Below, piece after piece: positions 48,932 to 60,497 of a DNA stretch of 64,000 bases; the stretch's first letter is position 1; the number at the start of each line of letters is the position of its first letter. Source of the DNA: Podospora anserina (taxonomy: Eukaryota); contig CM030335.1 of the NCBI GenBank assembly GCA_017654855.1, positions 3,100,001-3,164,000 of the forward strand. The letters run 5' to 3'. A program made the translations under genes and the position numbers. The notes under the pieces were generated by a model that had not been told where the DNA came from, made no database searches, and worked only from the letters and a program-made list of their open reading frames with translations.

Positions 48932-51900
48932 ATGGCACCCACCAGCGGCACGCCTGCGCCCGCCTTGCCGACTGAGACTGCCACGACCTCGTTCCTCCTC
49001 GCAAACCTGCACTGTCCCACCTGTGTCTCGACTATAAAGACTGTCTTACAAGAGTATGGCAGCAACATCGTCAAATGGGTTTCACCGAACATCGTTACGT
49101 CCGTGGTCACTGTTGAGCACAGTCCAGCCGCCTCCCTCCAGCACATGCATAAGCTGCTCGAGGAGAACGGCTTCGAGGTATGCGGTGTCACAACATCGTC
49201 TGGTAGCATCTCGGATATCGACATGGGCATGGAAATGGGAGACCTCAACCCCTACGGAGAGGGAAGCTCCTCTCAGAATGAGCCGTCCGGTTCCGCACTG
49301 GCCCGATGGATGAACCCTTTTCGACCCCTTGCCTCGAAACCCGAGAAAGTAAAGGCCCATCTTCAAAACTGCGCGCACTGCCAAAACTCGAAGGAGCATG
49401 AACTGGAAGAAATGCACCATATCGAGAGCCTTGTTCCCGTGCAGACAAACACGAATCGTACCAGCTTGTCTGTCATTCAGGAAAAGAATCCACACACCTT
49501 TGTCGCGATCGAAAGTGCCGACGCCTTGTCACCACAGCCAATATGGAGAGCCACCCTTGCCGTTGGAGGTATGACCTGTGGAGCTTGCGTCAACATGATA
49601 TCGGAAGGGCTGAAGCAATACGACTGGATCTCCAAGACCACTGTCAATCTTCTCAACAACAGCGCCATTGTTGATTTGACAGAACCAAATCGAACAGACA
49701 ACCTGGTCCGAGTTATCGAAGAACTGGGATACGAGGCCACACTCAGCCAAGTAGTTGTTGTCCAACCAAACAAGCGGAAAAACAAGTCGGACACATGGCA
49801 AGCTACAGTGGCCATCGGCGGGATGACTTGTGCATCCTGCACCAACGGGATCACGGAGGGCTTGAAGAAGCTGGATTGGATCGATGATGTTGCGGTCAAC
49901 CTGCTCTCCAACAGCGCCACGGTTAAGTTCCATGGTCAGCACAACGCGTCGAGGATCGTTGAGGCTATCGAAGAGCTAGGGTTTGACGCAGTTGCTGACA
50001 GCGTGATCAGCTTGGATGAGAAGGAGACAGAACACAACGAAAGAGCGGTGGAGATCAGGATAGATGGTTTACATTGCGATCTTTGTCCAGCACGGGTGGT
50101 AAACTGTCTTGGTGGATTTCGACGTCAGCTTGAGATCAACAACCCCCCCACTCGTTCTCGGCCTGTCATTAGGGTCACCTACGTCCCTGACGCCCCTTTT
50201 TTCACAGTCCGACAAATCCTCGCGGCCATCGACGCCAGCGACCCCGGCTTCAGGGCATCCATTTACCATCCTCCCTCCTTGGAAGAAAGATCCAAGCTCA
50301 TCCAACGAAAGCACCAGAGGGCCATCTTATACCGGGTGATCTTCACCGGCCTCGTCTGCATCCCCACCTTTGTCATTGGCATCGTCTACATGATGCTGAT
50401 TCCCCACGAAAAGGCGCACACTCTCATGAAACCCTGGACCTCCGGTATCAACCGGGCCCAAATCGCGCTCTTCATCCTCGCCACCCCAGTCTACTTTGGC
50501 GCCGCCGATGTCTTCCACAGGAGCGCCGTCAAGGAAATCGCCACGCTATGGCGCCGCGGCAGCAGAGTGCCGATTCTGAAGCGCTTCTACAAATTTGGCA
50601 GCATGAATACGCTCATGTCGCTTGGCACGTCGGTGGCCTACTTTGCGTCGGTTGCTCAGATGATTGCTGCTGCAGCAAGCCGTGCTACCGAGACGCATGA
50701 TGGGAACTTTTACTTTGATACTGTGGTGTTTTTGACTTTCTTCTTGCTGCTGGGGAGGTACATTGAGAGTTATAGCAAGAAGAGGACGGGAGACGCGGTG
50801 GAGCTGCTGGGGAGGCTGAGGCCTACTACGGCGATATTAGTCAGTGGGTTTGGGTCCGAGAAGGAAGGGGATGAGGTTGTCAAGGCGGATTTGCTTGACT
50901 TTGGGGATGTGGTCAGGGTGCCACATGGGGCGTCCCCGCCGAGCGATGGCGTGGTGATTGGTGGGGAGAGTAGCTTTGATGAGTCGAGTTTGACGGGGGA
51001 GTCGAGGCTGGTGAAGAAGGGGGCGGGGGATCGGGTCTTTTCGGGGACGGTCAATAAGGGGTCGTCGATTCTGGTGAGGATTACAGGGGTGGCGGGCAAG
51101 TCGTTGCTGGATCAGATTGTCAATGTGGTGAGGGAGGGGCAGACGAAGCAGGCCAAGATTGAGAGAGTGGCGGATTATCTGACTTCGTACTTCGTGCCCG
51201 CCATCACGGCTTTTGCGATTTTGACGTGGATTGTCTGGTTTTCGTTGGGGTATGGGGGTAGGCTGCCGGAGCACTTTCTGAGCAAGACTACAGGAGGGTG
51301 GATTGCGTTCAGCCTCCAGTTTGCAATTGCTGTGTTTGTGGTGGCTTGTCCTTGTGGTCTTGGGCTTGCGGCTCCGACGGCAATTTTCGTTGGGAGTGGA
51401 TTGGCGGCGAATCATGGCATTTTGGCCAAGGGAGGTGGTGAGGCTTTTGAGAAGGCGAGTCGGATCGACTGTGTGGTTTTTGACAAGACGGGAACCTTGA
51501 CGACGGGAGGGGAGCCCAAGATAACCGACGCTGAGATCCACGGTGAGGGAACACCGGAGGAGAGTACCTTTTTGGCTGCTTTGAAGGGTGTCGAGGAGAA
51601 TAGCAGCCATCCGATTGCCAAGGCGATTATCACATTCTGCACCATCAACAAGGAGCTGCCCCAGGTCACAGCCGACAATCTACAGGAGCTTCCTGGGAAG
51701 GGCATGAAGGCGATGTGCCAGGCTGCTACTCCTGAGGCTTCATTTGAGCTGATCGTTGGCAACGAGGCTCTGATGAAGGACTTTGGTGTCGTGATCTCAC
51801 CCGAAACTTCACAGAGTCTTGAGAGGTGGAAGACGGAGGCCAAGTCTATCGCTCTGGCTGCCACCAAGTTGCCCTCTTCCGGTTGGACACTCGCTGCCGC

Positions 51901-52561
51901 TCTCTCCATCTCGGATCCCGTTCGCCCGGAAGCCAAGGTTGTCATCGCCGCTCTTCAAGAGTCTGGCACACGCGTCTGGATGCTGTCCGGTGACAATCCT
52001 ACCACCGCCACCGCCGTCGCCCGACAACTCGGGATCCCCGCAGACCAAGTCATCGCCGGCGTCCTCCCAGCGGGAAAAGCCGACCAGATCAGGTACCTCC
52101 AGTCCACCGTCAAGGCCCGCAGGGGTACAAACTCCGAGTCCTCCACTGAACGCGCCATGATCGCCATGGTAGGAGATGGCATCAACGACAGCCCCGCCCT
52201 CGCCACAGCCGACGTGGGCATCGCCATCGGCTCAGGCTCAGACGTAGCCATCAGCAGCGCCGACTTTGTCCTTGTCAAGTCGGACCTCAAGACGGTGGTG
52301 ACGCTGCTGGATCTGTCGAGGGTGGTGTTTAGGAGGATCAAGTTCAATTTTGGGTGGGCGATTGTGTACAACACGGTCATGATCCCGGTGGCGGCGGGGG
52401 TGTTTTATCCGATTGTGAGCCAGGGGAAGCATGTTAGTCTGGACCCTGCGTGGGCGGCGTTGGCGATGGCGTTGAGTAGTATCAGTGTCGTGTTGAGTTC
52501 TTTGGCGTTGAGGTGGAGGTGGTTGGGGTTTAGGGAGAGGAGGTTTGTTGTTGGGGAGTAG
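48932..52561 (+). CDS. Copper-transporting P1B-type ATPase with 4 HMA-like domains
   Basis: LHCPTC, MTCGAC, MTCASC, LHCDLC; TGES, CPC, DKTGT, SSHP, GDGINDSP; TM YN and MxxSS motifs of Cu(I) P1B-1 pumps. Confidence 0.95.
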   Translation: MAPTSGTPAPALPTETATTSFLLANLHCPTCVSTIKTVLQEYGSNIVKWVSPNIVTSVVTVEHSPAASLQHMHKLLEENGFEVCGVTTSSGSISDIDMGMEMGDLNPYGEGSSSQNEPSGSALARWMNPFRPLASKPEKVKAHLQNCAHCQNSKEHELEEMHHIESLVPVQTNTNRTSLSVIQEKNPHTFVAIESADALSPQPIWRATLAVGGMTCGACVNMISEGLKQYDWISKTTVNLLNNSAIVDLTEPNRTDNLVRVIEELGYEATLSQVVVVQPNKRKNKSDTWQATVAIGGMTCASCTNGITEGLKKLDWIDDVAVNLLSNSATVKFHGQHNASRIVEAIEELGFDAVADSVISLDEKETEHNERAVEIRIDGLHCDLCPARVVNCLGGFRRQLEINNPPTRSRPVIRVTYVPDAPFFTVRQILAAIDASDPGFRASIYHPPSLEERSKLIQRKHQRAILYRVIFTGLVCIPTFVIGIVYMMLIPHEKAHTLMKPWTSGINRAQIALFILATPVYFGAADVFHRSAVKEIATLWRRGSRVPILKRFYKFGSMNTLMSLGTSVAYFASVAQMIAAAASRATETHDGNFYFDTVVFLTFFLLLGRYIESYSKKRTGDAVELLGRLRPTTAILVSGFGSEKEGDEVVKADLLDFGDVVRVPHGASPPSDGVVIGGESSFDESSLTGESRLVKKGAGDRVFSGTVNKGSSILVRITGVAGKSLLDQIVNVVREGQTKQAKIERVADYLTSYFVPAITAFAILTWIVWFSLGYGGRLPEHFLSKTTGGWIAFSLQFAIAVFVVACPCGLGLAAPTAIFVGSGLAANHGILAKGGGEAFEKASRIDCVVFDKTGTLTTGGEPKITDAEIHGEGTPEESTFLAALKGVEENSSHPIAKAIITFCTINKELPQVTADNLQELPGKGMKAMCQAATPEASFELIVGNEALMKDFGVVISPETSQSLERWKTEAKSIALAATKLPSSGWTLAAALSISDPVRPEAKVVIAALQESGTRVWMLSGDNPTTATAVARQLGIPADQVIAGVLPAGKADQIRYLQSTVKARRGTNSESSTERAMIAMVGDGINDSPALATADVGIAIGSGSDVAISSADFVLVKSDLKTVVTLLDLSRVVFRRIKFNFGWAIVYNTVMIPVAAGVFYPIVSQGKHVSLDPAWAALAMALSSISVVLSSLALRWRWLGFRERRFVVGE

Positions 52562-54531
52562 AGGAATGGTGTAAGAAGGGGGGAGAAAGAGAAGAGAAAG
52601 AGAAAATTACACATAGGTGGAATGATACCCTTGGTACAAATGGAGAGTTTTAATTTCTTATGGGCTAGGTTCTGGGTTTGGGAAGGGGTTTGGAGGCTTT
52701 AAACGAGCGGATTGTAGTCGGATAGCGTGAAATTGCGATGTTTTTTAATGTTTCTGCAGGTGATGTAGGTCTTGGTAGCAAATTGGACTTGGATTTTACT
52801 CGGCAGTTCAGAATGGATAATGGGGGTTATATTGCGCTGCGTGTGGTATAGATCTGGAGTCTGTTGGGCTCAACCTTTTCCTTGACAAGGTCGGATCTCG
52901 ATATATTCGACTTAATTTCCTTTTCTATCAGTCTAAGCGTCTTGAAATATCAGGCCCAATGTCTTTTCTATGAATCCCAACTTGTCTCGTTATCTGTCCG
53001 AGATTGCATACCTGGGTATGTGCATTAACCGTAAAGCCAGACAGCCTCAGGCAGGTACAGAAGAGTATACCCAACAAGCCTAGAGACATTGCACATAACC
53101 CAGCCATCCCTCTGCTTGACCACTTTCTCTTCTCTCTCTCTCAGCCTTCCCAACTCCTTCGACCGGTCTCACCCACACAGGCGCTCCGGTTGGTCATTAA
53201 CAGCGCTCGGGAGCGGGCGCGGGCAAGACCAGACCAGACCAGAACATGCGACGAGCCTGAGGACCTTTTACTACCTAGGTACTTGTTGCCTACCTGAGGT
53301 CAGAAAGAACCATCAGCTCGCAGGCGTCCAACTAGTCAGTTGTTGCTGCCCCAGCATGGCGCTGTTCCCTGGAATGGGCTGGGCACAACTGCATCTGTTT
53401 CCCCCAGTTAATATATGTGTGGAGCGGCTGCTCTCCATCCCTCTGCTGTGCTCCGGAAGCGATTGGCCGAGCCTAGGTAGGGAGGACGAGACAGGCCCAT
53501 GCCGGAGGTACAGTGCACGGCTCCCAGCCCATTTCAACACTGACCGCAACGACTGCGTTGCTTTGATGATTCCCCAAGGCGAGAGAACTACTACTATCAG
53601 CCATGGAGAAGTCTACGCTCGCAGTGTCTGTTCCCCCTCTCCTTCATAGCTCACCTGCTGATATATTATTCGACGCGCGAGTGTGGGGTGGGGAAACTGG
53701 AAACACGATAACTTTTGGCTGGTCTCGAATGGAGGTTGAACCCATTTTGAAGGGGTGGGGGCAGGAAGGGTTTAGTTTGATTCGATGAGGATTAATTAGT
53801 GCTGGGGGAGATGAGCGGGGAGGGAGGGGGGTGATGTCGTTCTGGCTGTGTTGGTTTAGAGCCAGAGTAGGTGTTTAGGGTCGGGAGAGAGGGGGAGAGA
53901 TGGTTTACGTGTCCAGAAACTGGATGGGGGTTGTATTTGATGGGGATAGGTGGGGTTTGGGCAATGGAGAGTTAATGTTGTGGAGTTGGACGGTGGTGGT
54001 ATTTGATATAACTGTGTAAAGTCTGGGTGATGGGAAGTTTGGCGTCTTGGGGGAATCAGGGTTGTGACTATTGTATAACGGCAGATGTCTATATGGTACT
54101 TGTCGTGTTAATAGTCTTGGTTATGTGAATAGAAGGGATGTTAAATAGGGTGTATGAGCTAGGGACGTAAGGAGGTTTTAAGTTTGATTCTAGACTTCGA
54201 ACGATGAACTGTGTCAAGTGGTAGGTGTCAGGAATGGACATGTAGGAGATTTCGAAATCTTTAAGACAGCTACTTCCATGTTTGCAAAGTCTCGGCCAGT
54301 GAAATTTGGAGACGAAAGCCCGATTTACATTTGAATTATATATGAAATATCAGCAGCTTATAGGTCGGACACTTATTTCATTGCATGCCAGCATGGGCAT
54401 AGCGCGAAGCAGAGCTTAAAGAACACACCCAACATCTAGGTTTAACTACAACTGCGCATAAATGCGTCAGCTCCTCCCGCTTCATTATGTTTCCAGCGCC
54501 ATAAGCATAGGTGGACTCCGACATCCGCCCC

Positions 54532-55185
54532 TCAAGCCCAGAAATCCCCCTTCTCCTCATCCGAATCAACATCAGACTCCGCATCAACCACAAACCCCCC
54601 CTCCCCATCATCCGCACCCATAATCTCGTCAAACTTCCTCAACCAATTTCTAGCTGTCAAATCCGCCGTGGCATCCCTGACACGCACGATAGACGATCTG
54701 ATGTCCGACCTACGGACCTGGTCCTCGAATACAGCTGTCCAGCGGTCCCAGATCTCATTTACACGTCGTAAACACGCTTCTCTCTCTTTGGGGAACGCTT
54801 CTGCTCGTTCCCTCCACGCGCGCGCCTCATGCCTGATGCCTGATCGTAGGTACTCGTCGTACTCGGCCCAGTCTGTCCTTCGTGGCCAGCGACCTGTATA
54901 TTTTCTGGTTTGTTGGGGTGCTGGGCCAGGGATTTGTGTCCTTGGTCGGGTGCTTCTGGTAACAGTGCGTCGGGGGGCTGCGAATGAAGACTGCCGATGC
55001 TGCTGCTGAGAGAGACTATTCTGGGCGTTGTCTGCCCGGTTGGATGAGTATGTATGGTGGGAGACGGTGCTGACTGTCACGGTAGATGGTGGTGGGGGAA
55101 TGACACCACCAGAGAGTGCGGTGGCTTGGTTTAGAGGGTTGGTGGTGGGCGAACCCGCGACGGTGTTGACGGTTGATGAAGACAT
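54532..55185 (-). CDS. Hypothetical protein (S/T/P-rich N-terminus, helical C-terminus, acidic tail)
   Basis: 217-codon ORF from AACATGT context with protein-like composition; no family recognised. Confidence 0.5.
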   Translation of the reverse strand: MSSSTVNTVAGSPTTNPLNQATALSGGVIPPPPSTVTVSTVSHHTYSSNRADNAQNSLSQQQHRQSSFAAPRRTVTRSTRPRTQIPGPAPQQTRKYTGRWPRRTDWAEYDEYLRSGIRHEARAWRERAEAFPKEREACLRRVNEIWDRWTAVFEDQVRRSDIRSSIVRVRDATADLTARNWLRKFDEIMGADDGEGGFVVDAESDVDSDEEKGDFWA

Positions 55186-56499
55186 GTTGAAGACCTTTTG
55201 TGGGAGACAACGATGGAGATGTTCCGGATGCTGAACTGGAGGTGTCAACGTTTTTGATCTTTTAGAGGGAATGAAGCATTGTTCCATGTATTTCTCTTAA
55301 GCTTAGACATGAATTTAGGTTGTGAGTCTGTGACGAAGTTTTTGCAAGCCTCTGAACCTTATTATCTGAAGGTCCGGCCAAGATGTGCTCCAGTTTTCTG
55401 ACCTTTCTGACGATTGGGCTTGTGGCTATTCGGTAGGCTCACAGACACTCCTTTCCACAACAAATTCCATGCAGAGAGTTCCGGAGCTGCAAAACTTTGT
55501 CACGAAAGCCATGTCTATTACTCTATTGATGTCACTCCAATCCTTGGCGCTTTCCCAACATGGTGAGATTGCTCTATCATGAATCAAATCGCTCCTGCCC
55601 TCCTCCTAAAGCCCCAAAAAGCGATTAGCAAATGGCTTTGCTTATTTATCAAGTAAACTCCGGCATACGTCTGGAAGTCTTAACTCCAAACTCGACGCAA
55701 GACTTCATGCTCCTCATCATCTGTTTCAGACTCCTGATACCAAGCAACAAGCACAAAAGATACTATCGTCCAATATGAACTGGACTCCCGGCGAACGTCC
55801 AATGGAGTCCGCGACTGAGGAGGTCTTGACATTTCGGCCATACGACTAGAAACAACGATTAAATCAGAAAAGGAGCGGACCATTGGGATCGGTTTCTGGG
55901 GGGGAACTCACCGTTGATGATGAATGTACGCCGCGTCGATAAGAATGTTGATACTCGTCGCTAGCACTGTGTTTGAGTCTGGCTGATTCACCACGCGCTG
56001 CCAAGCGATGGCCGAACCCGGACGATGCTGGGAGGGCATTATTGGACGGGACGGTATCATGTGACCGAAGGGCATTATGTAACTGGAGGGCTCCGTGATA
56101 GAATGTTTTTTTTGCCTGATTTGGGATTTGAAGTGAGAGAGAAAACAATGGAGAGGGGAGGTCGCGTGATGCAAGAGTAGGTGGGAGAACAAAGGTCTGG
56201 TCAAACAAAGGGTAGACCGACTTGCGCGCAAACCAGGAATTGATTGCTCCGCGTGGCCACGACCACTTGCGGTGTGATGCGTGGCGGGCAGCAGGGTAGT
56301 TTGTTATGGAAAATACGGCGCACGTGATTTCTGAATCGATGTTTGGTTCCAAATCAGAGTAAAAGCATCAACAGACGACCTCGAAGTGGCATTTCATGTG
56401 GCGTTTAAAGTTTTTGTTTCCAGTCAAGTGGCGCTCAAAGCCTAATATCAGGACCAAAGATACCTACATATTTATATGCTTCATCAGCACCAATTTTAT

Positions 56500-57970
56500 G
56501 TCTGACAGTCAGTCCAACAGACAATACATATGTGCAGGAAGGACTGCGCTGGCGTCAGCTCATCTTTATGTGAGTCTTGGGTCAAGCTGCGTCTCCTTCC
56601 TCAGAAAATCCCGGCCATTCAACCTGCGTGACAGACTGAGCGAGCTCATGAGTGCTAACCAGATTCGAACGGGCACAAGGGGGAGTCTGAATCTGGGTGT
56701 GTCGCGAATTGCACTGTATCCTGTAATCATAATCTCAATGTTCGAATATGCCGCATCAGTATAGCTTTTGATGTCAAGCAATGCGCTGGCTCCTTTTATT
56801 TCCCTCTACTCCTGCAGATTTCTCCCTATATATACCCTTGTAGTCGAGTAGTCGCTGTGGCTCTGATGACCTTCTATGACTCTCGGGATTCTCGCATGGT
56901 ATGCTAACTTGGTCAGAAACTTAATCGCTCTATCCGGCATATATGCAAGGTTTCAACTTTCAAAGAATTAGAAGCGGTGTCTGAAAACATGTTTCATCAA
57001 CCGAATATTCTTCTCCGACTCAATATCGGTATCAGACTCGTCGAAGCTCTGGGTAAACATGAGGTCTAAGGATATGTGAGGCTCTATCTTTGAACCCAAA
57101 GTAGGTTCGAGACCTATCGGTGCTGACCTGTGGGGATACGGTGGATAGTGTGTTCGTCACAGATGCGATCTTTCATACCATAGAACTGGTTTGTAAGTGT
57201 GTTTCGTACGTGAAATCAAAATGTGATCTTTTGACATGCTACCTGATATCTTTTTCTCGTGGAAACCTACCCCTGAACTGGCAAGGTAACGCTGGCCCTG
57301 CAGAATTGATTCTGATTAATTTGATAAGGTTTACACACCCCTGAACTGGAGGTCCAGAGGTTTCTGTCCGTAATGCTTCCTTTTCCCAAACGGACTTCCA
57401 CAGGGGTTGATCTGCTCTATAAGAACACACAATACACTTTTGCCCCTCCTGAATCTAGCCGTATTCCGCGCCTTTTGAGAATCCAAGTGACCAAGATACC
57501 ACAGCCTCGTAACCATTTCCAGGAGTAAACAGATGGATCGCGGCCTAGGTTGAAGAATTAGCGACGACATGGAACGTAATGGTTGGCAAGCTTTGACTAA
57601 CTCCTGTTCATGGCGCTCTAAAACACAGACTCAGCCTCCGAGTCAGAGGAGTCGGCATAGGGATCCTCTTCTCCAATCATCAGGGGGTTGAACAGTGAGT
57701 GCTCCATGGTATTGATTTCCACCGCAACGATCCTTATTGAGCACTGACGGCCAAAAACCTTAGAACATCGAAATCAACTACTGGTTAGAATTGATACACG
57801 ACTTGTAGAAAAGATCGCGCGGCCACGCGCTCAGGTGAAGGGTATGTACCGGCGCCGGAAGGCAGCCTCAGCAGTAGGAGCGAAGAATTGGATGGGGTTG
57901 CTTGAGGGAGCGCGTTGGGGTTCGCGGAGGTGGCGATTTGTTGCCAGGCTGCAGAGGCGAGGGTGGCCAT
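56500..57970 (-). pseudogene. Possible decayed gene of unknown family
   Basis: Protein-like minus-strand fragments (MATLASAAWQQ.., EEDPYADSSDSEAESVF*, SFDESDTDIESEKNIRLMKHVF, LLDIKSYTDAAYSNIE) separated by stops and frameshifts. Confidence 0.3.
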
Positions 57971-59103
57971 CTTGGAATTCAGTTGTAGATGGTACCTTAG
58001 GTCTGATGACAATGTAGGTGTCGGGTTTGATGATGATGTACCTGACAGGTCTGATTTGGTGGTAATGTGAGTGTCAGATATTTGGAGATGTGTGCGCTTG
58101 CGAGGCGGGAGAAATGAAGCCAGAAGAGGAAATAAAAGCCAACTTCTTCATGGAGGCCGGCAGAGAGTTGACCAGTAGCCTGGCGCGTCCTGACGCGAGA
58201 TGGCCACCTCGACGCGGTTGTTCTTTGGGGCTCTCTTGGGTGGTTGCTCTAAATGCAAAGCTTGACCCCGACTTCGTTATATATTGCGAGCCTATGCTAT
58301 CATTCGCTCCTTCCGTCCAAAGTTTGATGTAGAATTGACTCATCCCCTAAGATTACCCTGGTTTACCTTGTGGAAAAGAAGCAAGTTGAAACTCCTAACC
58401 CGGACTCCGAATCTCTCTTTCCCTCTGGCCTAATCGCGCTTATCAACAAATATTTATAGAAAAACTATATAAATTGATAAAGATAGGAACGGATTTTGAT
58501 CACGAGTCAATAAGAGGTACCCAAATGCCTGATTCTGAATTGATCTACATTTCGTTAATCCCAAATTTACGGATGGAGCGATTGCAAACTCCAGCACTTT
58601 CCAAAAATTGTCACCAACAAGGAGTTAACATAAAGGATTATATATCCGAAGGCTCTCCAATCGTGTGCAATCATGTGTGGCTGAATCTTGGATGGTGAGC
58701 CTTGCAAATGGGTGGTGGTTCAAGTACCCTAACCCCGGTCGCTTTGAAGGTGTGTGATTGGTCAGCACGCAGAAACCAATTACAAAGGCTAAGGGTTTCA
58801 AATAAGGTAACTCCAGGAGGATGGGCTCACATCTTTGCGCCGTGGCTCCATGACGTGCCAGTAGAGCACGGGTCCTGCCAAACTTGTAGCCACTTTCAAA
58901 GTTTAGTTAAGCCTTCAATCAAGTTAAGCGTTTGCTATTCCAGTTAAAACCAGGTGGTCAATGTGCCAAGCCAAGTCATGCCGGCCTTCGGCTTGTTTAA
59001 ATCACCTGCAAAATGCGACCTGTCAGGTATCTTTTCTCTCCCACAAACTTCCAAAATACAGGTCCACTATTTACACCAACATCTCAAAGTTTTGAAGCTC
59101 AGC

Positions 59104-59619
59104 ATGGAACCCTCACGTTCGCCTTTCCCTTATTTTTAAGAGCTCTTCGACGCTGAACAGCAAAAGCTCAATGTCATCGAAAAGAAAAGCAAAAAGCTCA
59201 GGGAGATAGCACTCTGAATCGATGAGATGGGTACGAAAGTCCTTGTTCAAACCTATAATATCCGATAGGAGTACTTGTCCGAATTCTCTCCCCGATATGA
59301 CAGTCTCGATAAGCTTAAGGAGGGTGCCATGGTGTTTTTTCATGCCGTCTGCGACAGCATGGAACTTGTGGCTAGAGTAACATCAACCGTGGCACAAGCC
59401 ACGTCCGTTTTGCCTGAGAAGGTTGCCAAGTCAAGACAGTGCATCGACTCGCTGTGTGAAAACGGATGGTCTAATAGAATAGATAAAGCACTGGAGATAA
59501 TGTGGGATGGCTTAACCGATACCTATGTAAGGGGGGAGGTGCTTAGAAACATATTGGACGATATGGATAGACGGTTACGCCTGTGGAGGAGTGTTGCCAT
59601 GCGCGACGCTATTTATTAG
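59104..59619 (+). pseudogene. 171-codon helical/coiled-coil ORF interrupted by three in-frame stops
   Basis: Single frame from ATG 59104 to TAG 59619 with TAA 59137, TGA 59215 and TAG 59266. Each stop is one C>T change from CAA/CGA/CAG. The ORF abuts a RIP-like AT tract. Confidence 0.6.
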
Positions 59620-60076
59620 ATCGTACTGTTTTACTTTAGTTATTTCCGCGAAGAAAATATACGGAATATACCTAAGGTAAATCAGGGTTTAGTAACGGGC
59701 CGGTAGAGATGAAGTACACCGGAATTCTTTTTATTTTCTGGCTTTACCTTACAGCTATATTATTACTAAAGTAAATATAAGACTCTTATTTTGGTTAGGT
59801 AATGTATAAATATCGAGAAGGAAGGGGGTAGGTTGAATAGTAATACGTATCTAATTTATTAAGGGATTTTAAAAAAAGTTAAAAAATAAAAAGGAAATAC
59901 TAAATTTTATGATTAATTAATGATACTAAGCTAAAATGATAATATAATATTCGATAACTGTAACTTATATAATCAACCCCGGTAATTAACATTATTAATA
60001 GTTATAACTTTTCTTTATAAAGTCGAATAACCGATATTATTAAGTAAGTTAAATAAATATATATAAGCAATCAAAT
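59620..60076. repeat. AT-rich RIP-mutated repeat relic
   Basis: Abrupt AT/TpA enrichment adjacent to the LTR. Confidence 0.55.
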
Positions 60077-60432
60077 TGTGACGAACCCCTATCCAGAACC
60101 TCTGAAAGGGATACTGGTTGAAGGCACTTCTGAACAATCCTGGTTCGGTACAGCTAAACAGTGTACAACAAATGGCTTGTCTCAATCACAACAGTCCAGA
60201 TACCAACGATTGTGACTTGTATTGCATACTGCGGAACTGTCTATCTACACCAGCCAGTTCCTCCGTATATATAGACCTTGATCCCCCAGGTACCTCCGTA
60301 CCTGGCTCACCTCTGCCAAGAGGTGAGCCTCGCATTACCCTGCAGCCCCGCCGTTGTGCCTTTCTTCCCTGGTTGGCTACCCCGGCTCACTGCAGTCTCC
60401 GCTCGGTCTTGCTATATGGTTGGTCTGTGACA
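60077..60432 (-). mobile_element. LTR (356 bp) of the same gypsy family, little RIP, no matching TSD
   Basis: Reverse complement reads TGTCACAGACCAACCATATAGCAAG...GGGGTTCGTCACA and aligns to 6347-6764. Flanks CAAAT and GCGAT differ. Confidence 0.9.
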
Positions 60433-60497
60433 GCGATAAATTAATAAATCGCTTACGGCTTCCTATAAAGGATTACTAAAATACTATTATTACTTAA

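Noticed and set aside
41207-52561. ADHFE1-MET10-Cu ATPase as a functional sulfur/copper cluster
   Set aside because: Ordinary conserved genes with no shared motif or other evidence beyond adjacency.
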